Below are positions 36,501-48,500 of a stretch of DNA of 64,000 nt, piece after piece. The translations under genes were made by a program, and so were the position numbers. Origin of the DNA: Macrostomum hystrix. Taxonomy: Eukaryota > Animalia > Platyhelminthes. How positions within the stretch are numbered: position 1 is the stretch's first letter; each line of letters starts with the position of its first letter. The notes beneath the pieces were generated by a model. The model did not search any database. It was not told the origin of the DNA and saw only the letters and a list, made by a program, of their open reading frames with translations. The stretch is from assembly GCA_950097015.1 (NCBI GenBank), contig CATNEN010000034.1, positions 1,860,001 through 1,924,000 on the forward strand, given 5' to 3'.

Positions 36501-39500
36501 CAAGATCGATGGTGTGTCTTTATTGCACAGCTTGGCTTTCATAAGCTGCAGCCAACAGCTCTCATTTACATTAGACGTAAATTGCGCAGATAAACAAAAA
36601 AAATTGGCACTTTGATAGATTTATAGTTTCCAAAAAAATCTTTCTTTTTTAAAAAAACTTCAGGCTTTGAAAAGCGGTCCTGATACTAGCTGTTTCCGTG
36701 TTTTCAGGTGAACTTCGGGGTATTAGGATTTAGATTAGTTTCGGGTTTTCAAATCAGTTTCGGGTTTTCAAATCAGTTTCGGATTTTCAGACCAGTTTCG
36801 TATTTTCAAATCATTTACGCATTTTCAGATCATTTTCGGATTTTAAGATCAATTTCAGATTTTCAAATCAGTTTCGGATTTTCAAATCATTTTCGGATTT
36901 TCAGATAAGTTTCGGATTTTCAAACCAGTTTCGTATTTTCAAATCAGTTTCGGATTTTCAGATCAGTTTCGGATTTTCAGATCAGTTGCGGGTTTTCAGA
37001 TCAGTTTCGGGTTTTCAAATCAGTTTCGGATTTTCAGACCAGTTTCGTATTTTCAAATCATTTTCGCATTTTCAGATCATTTTCGGATTTTAAGATCAGT
37101 TTCGGATTTTCAAATCAGTTTCGGATTTTCAAATCTTTTTCGGATTTTCAGATCAGTTTCGGATTTTCAAATCAGTTTCGGGTTTTCAGATCAGTTTCGG
37201 GTTTTCAGATCAGTTTCGGGTTTTCAAATCATTTTCGCATTTTCAGATCATTTTCGGATTTTCAGATCAGTTTCGGGTTTTCAGATCAGTTTCGGGTTTT
37301 CAGATCAGTTTCGGGTTTTCAGATCAGTTTCGGGTTTTCAGATCATTTTCGGATTTTAAGATCAGTTTCGGATTTTCAGATCAGTTGCGGGTTTTCAGAT
37401 CAGTTTCGGGTTTTCAGATCAGTTTCGGGTTTTCAAATCATTTTCGCATTTTCAGATCATTTTCGGATTTTCAGATCATTTTCGGGTTTTCATATCAGTT
37501 TCGGGTTTTCAGATCAGTTTCGGGTTTTCAGATCAGTTTCGGGTTTTCAGATCAGTTTCGGGTTTTCAGATCAGTTTTGGGTTTTCAGATCAGTTTCGGG
37601 TTTTCAGATCAGTTTCGGGTTTTCAAATCATTTTCGCATTTTCAGATCATTTTCGGATTTTCAGATCAGTTTCGGGTTTTCAGATCAGTTTCGGGTTTTC
37701 AGATCAGTTTCGGGTTTTCAGATCAGTTTCGGGTTTTCAGATCAGTTTCGGGTTTTCAGATCAGTTTCGGGTTTTCAGATCAGTTTCGGGTTTTCAGATC
37801 AGTTTCGGGTTTTCAAATCATTTTCGCATTTTCAGATCATTTTCGGATTTTCAGATCAGTTTCGGGTTTTCAGATCAGTTTCGGGTTTTCAGATCAGTTT
37901 CGGGTTTTCAAATCATTTTCGCATTTTCAGATCATTTTCGGATTTTCAGATCAGTTTCGGGTTTTCAGATCAGTTTCGGGTTTTCAGATCAGTTTCGGGT
38001 TTTCAAATCATTTTCGCATTTTCAGATCATTTTCGGATTTTCAGATCAGTTTCGGGTTTTCAGATCAGTTTCGGGTTTTCAGATTAGTTTCGGGTTTTCA
38101 GATCAGTTTCGGGTTTTCAGATCAGTTTCGAGTTTTTAGACCAGTTTCAGATTTTTAGATAATTTTCTGATTTTCAGATCAGTTTTAGATTTTCAGATCA
38201 GTTTAGGATTTTGAGATCATTTTCAGATTTTCAGATCATTTTCGGATTTTCAGATCAGTTTCGGATTTTCAGATCAGTTTCAGATTTTTAGATAATTTTC
38301 TGATTGTTTAGTTCGGCAACGATCCGGCTGAAATTCGTATTCATATCACACAATGGATGACTGGTACTGATCAATCCGCAGATTGGCTCATTCTTCATGA
38401 TTAACCTCTGCCTGGTGGTCATAGCCACCCAATTCTCGGAGACCAAGAAGCGCGAAGTTGAAAAGATGCGTCAGGAGCGGAAGCGCTTTCAGTCCAGCTC
38501 CACGCTGACTGTCTCCAGCGAGCCAGCGTCCTGCTACGGCCAGATCGTGAAGCTGCTGCTGCGCCAGTGCAAGCGGCTTCACCGTCAGCTCAGTCGGCAG
38601 TATCGGCGCTATCGGCTGGCGCGCCTCCGACACGAGAACGAACAGCAGCGGCTGCGGCAGCGACTGCCACTTCTGCTGCTTCAGCCGGCGTGCCCGACAG
38701 CTGCGGCTACGATTGTGCCGGCTACGGCTACGGCTACGGCTACGGCTACGGCTACGGCTACGGCTACGGCTACGGCTCTGGCGCCGCCACGGGCCAGTCC
38801 AGAATTCTCTGACGTCGATCCGTCTAATTCGCCGCGTCGGCCACGTCTCCTGGCTCTGCGGCGAGCGTCCTTAGCCGCGGCGACCGCCGTAGCCGGGGCT
38901 ACGGCTACGTCTGCGGCGATTGCCGCGCCTGGCAGTCGCCGTTCGTCCTGGAACAGCTCGTCGGTAGCTACAAATACTTGGCGCCTGCTGACCCAAGGTT
39001 TCGATGAGGCGGCGGTAGATTTTTATTGTCCGGCCTCCTCCGGCGACGGCGAAGGAGCGGATGGCGAGGGTCGCACTGCGATGGCTGCTGTCATTAGCCG
39101 TAAGGGTTTATTGAATGCATTTATTAACAGTAGAAAGACCGCCTGGGGCTATTTCAAATACCCACATTTTTTCTGTATATGAGCATTATGCTCACAAAAT
39201 TTCGTCATGTTAATTCATTAATTCAATTAATGAATTGGCTACAAGCGGGTTAACCACAAAAACAAGGTTTTGTTTACTTTTGTTTGTTCAACTGGGGAAA
39301 AGAGAATCGACAGTCACTGATTGCAAATTGAATAAAGTGGCAAATTGTTGAGACAAGTGCGCAGGACTGCTGACAGCATCCATAGACAGGTTCCCATCAG
39401 CTCGAACCTGCGGCTGAGCTGATCCAATTTAGCAGAGCCAGTAGGAAGAGTTCGGCAAAGATTAAGGCCGTCAAACACAGCGCCCTGTATTAGTGGTTGG

Positions 39501-42500
39501 GCTACTGTTCCAATTTGGCCGCAGGGTGGGGTGGGAAATTCGCAGAAATTGCTCCGTTACTTCCTGTCAACTGGCCTCCAAGGCCCTGAGCCTCCAAATC
39601 ATAGTCAGGAAAATCTAGAGCACAATTTTTGTTGCTCACGAAATCCCATTTGCCGCCTGCACTGCTCAAATTGACTGTGTAATAAAAATTAACAGTCAGT
39701 TGGCCAAGTCTTGTCCGCTTGCTGATCGAATCGCGAAAAATATTCACTTGTTGCTGACTGACCGACTTGATTCAGATAAAAAAGAGCGAGCTAGTATATT
39801 ACAAATCTACTCGTGCTGAAGTGCCGATAGGACTTTGAAATCACTGGCGTGAGTGATTCTCAATGGATGATTCTCGGGTGGTGATTCTCGAGGGGTCAGT
39901 CTCGAGGAGGGATTCACAAGGAGTGATTCTCGAGGAGTGATTCTCTAGGGGTTAATATCAATGGGTGATTCTCGGGTGGTGATTCTCGAGGAGTGATTCT
40001 CGAGAGTTGATTGTCGATGAGTGATCCTGAAAGAGTGATTCTCAAGGAGTGATTCTCGAGGGTTGATTGTCGATGACTAATCCTGAAAGAGTGATTCTCA
40101 AGGAGTGATTCTCGAGGGCTGATTGTCGATGAGTGGTTCTCGAGGGCTGATTGTCGATGAGTGATTCTCGAGGGCTGATTGTCGATGAGTGGTTCTCGAG
40201 GGCTGATTGTCGATGAGTGATTCTCGAGGGCTGATTGTCGATGAGTGATTCTCGAGGGCTGATTGTCGATGAGTGATTCTCGAGGGCTGATTGTCGAGGA
40301 GTGATTCTCGAGGGCTGATTGTCGATGAGTGATTCTCGAGGGCTGATTGTCGATGAGTGATTCTCGAGGGCTGATTGTCGATGAGTGATTCTTGAGGAGT
40401 GATTCTTAAGAAGGGATTCTCAAGGGTGATTCTTAAGAAGGGATTCTCAAGGGTGATTCTTAAGGAGGGATTCTCAAGGGTGATTCTTAAGGAGGGATTC
40501 TCAAGGGTGATTCTTAAGGAGGGATTCTCAAGGGTGATTCTTAAGGAGGGATTCTCAAGGGTGATTCTTAAGGAGGGATTCTCAAGGGTGATTCCTAGAA
40601 CCGAGATGCTGATTTTCGAATAATTAAATCCAGAAGCCTGACCTCCCAAACTTCTCTTCCGTCGTTTCAGTTGAAGGATTTCGAAGCCAAACACAGCACC
40701 GTCCGCTGACGGACGACAGCGCACAATCTGATAACGCTGAATCTCGAGAGAGCCTAGCCAAGTGTAAGACAATACCTGTGTGCTCGATTTTATTAGTGAC
40801 TTTATTCGTGCTCATTTGCATGAGTAGGTCGCCAAAAGCATATTGACAGGGATAAGCCGAAGAAATAATCACGAAGTAGCTGCTCTGACAGGACCCAAAA
40901 AGAAACGGGACGGCCTCTCCCTCTCTCTGTGTGTCTGATATTCGCATTTTCTGTTCAACCGCCACAATATTATGAGACGTGACCAGACCTCACAGTGCTT
41001 GTGTGTGTGCCCGCATCATGAGCTAGCTTTCTCAAACGCACCCGATGCCTTACATTGGCCTGGACAGGGCCTTCTAGTAGAGCTCTGGAGTTGCGGATAC
41101 GCAGACTGCGCGATGGAAATGGGAAAATAGGGCAGGGATAAATTGAATAATTTACTCTCCCTTTCATGCACCAGTCTTTCGCGAGCTCTCCCCAGTCTAG
41201 TCGCTGTGGCTCACTTTCTCCATCCCCCATTGCCTGTGCCCCGTGTCTAAGGCCTGTGCGCGTTTGTGTTTTCCCCAACAACTCAAACCCGCCGCCACTG
41301 CTGCTCCCGGAATTCTCCGAATCTAGATCCCGGTAACTGCTCGGCTATTTGCTCAGCATTTTCGTCTCTTTTTTATTCCAAAAATTAAGCTATTAATAAA
41401 TTATAAATAGTCCTGAATTGAGCAACTGTTGGACAAAGGACAAGCAAAGCAAAGTAAAGCAAAGGTTTAACAAAAAAAGCACGGGAAAAAAAGCGCGGGA
41501 AAAAGCACATGAAAAGTACAAAAATTTTTCTTTTGGCCGTATCTCATAGAATATTCAATCAAATTTTCAATAAATTCAGAACACAGGCTAACATTTTACG
41601 ACGAAATCACTTCAAAAATCAATAATCACTGAAAATGCTCGACGATGCTGACTCGGACGTTTTTGAAAGTTGGTTCATCGTATAGGGTGGAAAATTCTGA
41701 TCCATGTGATGGACTTTCACAAAAATCGGTCTTTCACAAATATAAGGAAATTTATATTACCCAATGCATAATAGCATACACTCATACTAGCATACCTGTG
41801 CCTAAGCAATGCACATGTCACTTTCCGTCATCGCTTTCCAGTCATTTGGAGTCGCATCAGGTCGGCTGTTAAACGGCTGGTGAGGCACCGGTTCTTTCAA
41901 CGCGGCATCCTCTTTGCCATCCTCATCAACACTCTCAGCATGGGGATCGAGTATCACGACCAGGTGCGAGTGATGGGCGCACTTTCTCAAACTGACTGAA
42001 ACAGCTAGAGCTGGTACTGAGGAAGGATTATTGTCTGCTCACTGAAGGACATTGGTACTGAGGAAGGATTAGTGTCTGTTCACTGAAGGACATTGGTACT
42101 GAGGGAGGATTAGTGTCTGCTCACTGAAGGACATTGGTACTGAGGGAGGATTAGTGTCTGCTCACTGAAGGACATTGGTACTGAGGAAGGATTAGTGTCT
42201 GCTCACTGAAGGACATTGGTACTGAGGAAGGATTAGTGTCTGCTCACTGAAGGACATTGGTACTGAGGGAGGATTAGTGTCTGCTCACTGAAGGACATTG
42301 GTACTCAGGGAGGATTAGTGTCTGCACACTCCTGGGCTCGGGTACCTGTGATTGGTACTGGGGATTCCAGAACTGTTACCCTAAAACTATCATTTCAGCC
42401 GAAGCAGCTAACCGACATAATTGAATACAGTAACATTGTGTTCTGCGTCATCTTTGGCCTTGAGATGGTGCTCAAACTCACAGCTGAGGGGCCCGTGCTG

Positions 42501-45500
42501 TACATTAGCAGCGGCTTCAACGTATTTGACGCAGTCATCGTGATCCTGAGGTTAGTTTTTGACCACTGAATTTTTGTAATACAAGCTCATGAAACTCATG
42601 AAATGTGAATCGAGCACTGACTTCCTGCAACCGTCCGGCAGCATATTCGAGCTGCTGCAGGGCCACAGCAGCGGCCTGTCGGTGCTGCGCACTTTTCGCC
42701 TGCTGCGCATCCTGAAGCTCGTCCGCTTCCTGCCAGCTCTGCGCCAGCAACTCTTCGTCATGCTCAAGACAATGGACAATGTGGCCACATTCTTTGCGCT
42801 ACTAGTGTTGTTTATCTTCATATTCAGGTTTGTGTGTAGTTTTCGAGTTTGACGAAAGACAAGATCTTTTTAAAGGCCTTGAAGCTGTAGAGTCGAACTT
42901 GGGCGTATTGGTTACACCTGTCCCAATCGGGTCAGCTATTGCGCGGCGCATCTGAAGGCTGCGTACGGCTGTTCAGTCCATGGACTGGGGGGGGGACGCC
43001 ACACCCACCCCGGGTGAACTGAATTTATGCAGAGTTAAGTGCCTTTCTAAAGAACACAAATTTGTTCCAGTAGAGCCGGGAATCGAACCCCAGACCTTTT
43101 AACCACTAGGCTAAAACCCCTGTTTCAAATGTAAAAATGCCGAGGTGTAAAATGTACCAAGCCCAATGGAGATAGTCTGGTTTCTCCAGCCTCCTGTAAT
43201 TACAGCTGCACCTCTCTAAAAGGAGCTGGGTCTTTGACGAAATTGCAACATCGTTAATCAAGAAAATTATGCTAATAGGGCCAAAGGAACGACTAACATG
43301 CCAGCGGCTACATTAATTTAAGTACTCCTTGATGAGCAAATACTTTATTTTTGCGAGTCATCAGTCACCTTCACCAATTCGCTATTACCTGTGCAAATTA
43401 ATCCGCCGCAGTGTCCTCGGCATGACCCTGTTTGGCGGCAAGTTCTGCTGGCACCCAGACGGTACAACATGCACCTGCGCCGAACGAGTTGATCCGAATG
43501 GCGACTGCACCTGTGACAGGGCGAACTTTGACACCATCATGTGGTCACTGGTCACAGTGTTTCAGGTGGCTAAACCTTTTTAATTGTTCAAATTTGAACA
43601 ATAGTGAAATTACGCTCGTACACAAGGTTTCCAAGCAAAACATTTTGCAAAAAAGTGTTAAGAACTAGCGATATTTAGTATCTCGCATTTCATTTGTCAA
43701 TTGATTGTACTTTGCTAAATTCATGACGACTCCCCATCGGTAAAAGTTTCCTCAAAAGTTGGCAAACTTCCCAGTTAGCAAGTCATGAACCCTACTTTGG
43801 AGTTTTTTTACTTAGTTGTTTTTTTCTTTCAAAAAATAGTAATAATTGCAGGAGGGCTGTGGGCAGTGGCACATCATTTGGTGACTCTAGACCTGAAGCC
43901 AGCGAGGAGACAATTCTGCCCATTTCGCTGACTCCTGAGCACACACGAACACACACACAGATACTGTACGCAAGCACGCAATCACACAGGTGTGTACATC
44001 TGACCTGACTTTCTCATCGTCAGGCAGTGTACACTTCACTGCGCCTTGGAGGTTGGCCCTCGAGGGCGTAAATTCTGCGACAAGCCCCCAAGCCTTCTCT
44101 CCGCTGCTGCGCCCCAAATGAATGTGGCCTCGCCGCGGAATCGAGCTCAGGGCCCTTGGCGCGAGAGGCAAACGCGTTAAACGCCCTACAAATGACCCCC
44201 CTTTTATTTATTCTCCCATTCAAAGCCTTCTTTAATTCCCTATTCAGATCCTGACCCAGGAAGACTGGAACACAGTCCTGTACAACGGCATGGCCAGAAC
44301 TTCGCCGTGGGCGGCCCTGTACTTTATCGCCCTGATGACGTTTGGCAACTATGTGCTGTTCAACTTGCTTGTGGCTATCCTGGTTGAGGGCTTCTCTAGT
44401 GAGGTGAGAATCACTCACTTGATTTTTAATGCATATGCTTTTAAATGCGCCTTAACAAAGCGTCGCTAGCACACGAAACTCAAGAACATGGCCAAAATTT
44501 TGTTTCTGACTTGAGAATCAAGTCGCCAGCCCTTCAGACCGTCAAGATCTGGCTCTGGCCGAATGTCAGTTTTTCCCCATTAAGCGCTTATGTATTTCAT
44601 ACATCCCTACACACCAATTAGCATTGCGCCTCAGTGCGGCCTTGCCAGGCCTTCAAACTTTATTAGCACGTCACCCTAATCCACCTGCACCATTGGTTGA
44701 GATTCCCATCGGGAAATTCCGCACCCTTTGGTAGTTCGACTATTAACTTATTGATTAAGAAACCGATCACGCTCTAACGAAGTACTTCTAGTAGTCTAGT
44801 AAGAAGCAACAAATACTCAGGAAATTACTGAAATTTCGTAGTAGCATAGTAGAATACAAAACTAGCAAATTTAGCCCCCTCCCAGGATCTCACAATGAGT
44901 TCTCGCAAATTCATCAATATTTTCCTAATTTTGCTGCATTCGAAGCATATTTTTTATTCAATGAATGTAAAATTAGGAAAATTACAAGTAAATTTTGGAA
45001 TATCTTTTCGAGCGTATGTTCCACACCTCACTATTCAGAGGAAGTACTATATCCTGGAAAAATACAGACTTCAAAAGGTAACTGAAAAAAACGTTTTCTT
45101 GTAGCTAACAGTCCCACAATTATGTCGCACCTTCAACTTGAGAGATAACCTTTTATGTGTGGATTTCTGTCTTAAAATGATCTTCTAGAAGACTGTGATA
45201 ATCTTCTTTGCTTTTTTAGGCAAATGTTTTCTTTTCAAATTTCTTTTTTTCTAACTTTTGCTGTCTATAGATGTACAGATATGTATAGGTACACTATTAA
45301 ATATATTCCGTTAAAATTTAACATATACTCGTACTATAAATGTTAACCTACTCATCGTGTTAAAAAATATTTTAACATTCGCTATTCTAAACTTGGCATG
45401 ACCAAGCCTTGTGCTGCTCTTAATAGCATTATAGTCTATCCCTTCTTTTGCTTATATCTTCCACCGGCTGTAACTAAATATTTCTACAAAAACTGTTATT

Positions 45501-48500
45501 TAATCGCGTTAATATCTACGAACTCATAATTATTCCGATCAAATATAAAAAACGGCATCAATCTAAAAATAGCATCTATCTAAAATAGCATTTATGGGAA
45601 AATGGTATCTATTTAAAAACGGCATCAATCTAAAAACAGCATCTATCTAAAAATAGCATTTATGGGAAAATGGTATCTATTTAAAAATAGCATCAATCTA
45701 AAAATAGCATCTATCTAAAAATAGCATTTATGGGAAAATGGTATCTATTTAAAAATAGCATCAATCTAAAAATAGCATCTATCTAAAATAGCATTTATGG
45801 GAAAATGGTATCTATTTAAAAATAGCATCAATCTAAAAATAGCATCACTCTAAAAATAGCGTCAATGGGCCTGACTTTTTAAAAGTAGAATTTGAATTAG
45901 GGAGTCAGAATGTCTAATAATAGGAATGAAACCAACGAATATGAACCAACAAAAGTAGGCATCGCTTCTTGATACAAGTACTGACAAAACTAAAGCTACG
46001 TATTATGCAAGCCTTTCTAAAAGAAGCATAATTTTATTTCCAAACAACAAATTTTTTGTGTACTTTGTGCAATTGAATAACTGTCTTAAAGTTCATGTAT
46101 GCTTTCTTTTGTATTGACTAACTGTCCATATATAAGGTTTATTAAGCTGACATTAAATTTTATTGTTAAACATGGATCAGACATGTTAGAGCTCGATACG
46201 ACCTGTAACGAGAAATGATATTGATTGGATTGAAACTTTTTAGTAATAGTAAATAAACCTTTCTATTGCTTCATCCTTACTGGCTACCCTACTGGCTTGG
46301 GGATAAATAATGAACCTTCTGAGTCCTGATGAGAAAGATACTCTTTAAGATACTCTTAGAAACGCGACTATTACGCTTCTGCCAATCGTTTGCAGAAAGC
46401 AGCAACCTCAGCGCGCGGCTCCATCAAGGACGTAGCCTCTGTGCAGTCTGACTCTGACTCCAACAGCTCGGCTTCATCATCGCGGGAACGCAAACGACGC
46501 CGGCAACGGCAGCAGCAGCAGCAGAAAGCCCGCCATGGGAAGCCAAGTGAGGAAAACCTGAAGCCCGTTGAATCTGATCACTGAACTTATGAAGCTATCA
46601 TCATTTTGTGCGAATGAATCACTATCTAGTAGGGATAAATCACCATCTAGTAGGGATAAATCAGCATCTAGTAGGGATAAATCAGCATCTAGTAGGGGAT
46701 AAATCATCATCTAGTAGGGGATAAATCATCTTCTAGATGGGATAAATCATCTTCTAGATGGGATAAATCATCTTCTAGATGGGATAAATCATCTTCTAGA
46801 TGGGATAAATCATCTTCTAGATGGGATAAATCACCTAGTACAGATTAGTACAGATAATTATCCTAGTACAGATAATTATCATTTAGTAGGAATCATTTAG
46901 GGATGAATCATAATCTACGAGCTAGTATAGATAAATCACCATCTAGTAGGGATAAATCCCCATCTAGTAGGGATAAATCATCCTAGTACAGATAATTATC
47001 ATTTAGTAGGCGATTATTCAGAAAATTATGATTATCCGGACTAGACCCTATCCAGAGAATCCTTTACTCGTGTAAAACTAATGTTTCAAAGCAAAACAGT
47101 GTTCGATATACAGTTGTTTAGCTTCATCACTTCTCAATCCTATGAACTAAAACACAGAGCGCCTACTGCCGTGCGATCCGAACGAGCTGGCTCTGGCCGG
47201 CTCGAGCCCCTGCGCCCTCGTGCCGCCCATCATCACCCACACTGCGGCCACGCCACAGCCGACTCCGCAGGGCAGCCCGGCCAACGAGGCGACCGCCAAG
47301 GGCGCTGGGGGAATCGGCAGTCCGGCCAACGAGGCGACCGCCAAGGGCGCTGGGGGAATCGGCAGTCCGGCCAGGGGAGCTGGCGAACAGCTGGGACCGT
47401 CTTTTGATACGGCTTTTCACTACAGCTCATCCAGCATCGACACCATCGATCGGTCACTCTCGGTAGGTGGCGGGCCACGCCTCTGGGGGGGGGTGCCACT
47501 ACCCAGGGGGCGCCACATAATTTCGTCACCCGATTAGGAGGGCTGCGGCCCCCTTCCTAGCTACGCCCCTGCTTGAGATGGACACTCAAGCACCATGATG
47601 CACCTAAAACCTGCGTCCAACGGCTAGTAAATAAAAGCAATGTCTCTAAAATCCCAACAGCCATGAGCCACCCACGGTATGACGCTATTCCTTACACTTC
47701 GTCGAACCAAGAAAAGGCATGACAGTGCTATTATATAAAGCGTTTTTTTATTCACAGGCCGCCGATCCGTCTGGCCAGCAGGTCTCAGCGAGTCGCTCCG
47801 ATTCCCAGGGCGGCTGCAGTTATGCCAACAGGTAAGCAAGTAAATAAAATTTGAGCCTAATACGACCAACCAGCTGGCAGGACCTGATGAATGATCGCTT
47901 CATATTAACGTTTCTCTGTTTACGCCTGTTTATTTTTGTGCATGATTTTTCTTTCGACGCACAAAGAAGCCCCGAAATAGAAGTACTTTGTCGAGAGGAG
48001 AGAGACAGGGAGGGAGGGAATTGCCATGAATGTACCCACTGCGTCAGCATGTACATTGAGGGGTGAAAAAAGGGCAGGGCAAGCCCACCACCTCATTTTT
48101 TGAACTCTCGCGCCCAGCCCCACCAGCCAATCAAGCGTCGCGGGCACTCTGGCCGCCTCCTCCTCCTTCGATTGGGCCGAGCCATGTGCTGGATCCTCGA
48201 GCGCCCTGAGGCTCAGCCGACGCGCCTCTGTGCAAGCCAGGTTTGTCAGGACTCCGCGTTAGCCAACCTCTAAGCGCTTTTTAGGCGTTCACCAATAATT
48301 TTGCTAGATTTTTGGTATAAATCGTGCCTGGGAGTGTGGTGTTTATTACATGCCAAGGCAAAATGCATCGCTTTATGTTGTCATAGACCGCAGTACTAAA
48401 TTCACGAATGCATGCAATGCAACAATATATTAACGAAGCTTATTTACCTCGAAACGTTTCAATCGATATGAAGGCGCAAATTAACTTTAAAAAGACTAGT

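Noticed and set aside
39340-39750. Short minus-strand open frames suggesting a nested gene in Cav3 intron 7
   Set aside because: No convincing splice sites, start or known motif.
47480-47575. CCTAGCTACGCCCCTG resembling a MITE terminal repeat
   Set aside because: The matching opposite terminus is too degenerate to call an element.
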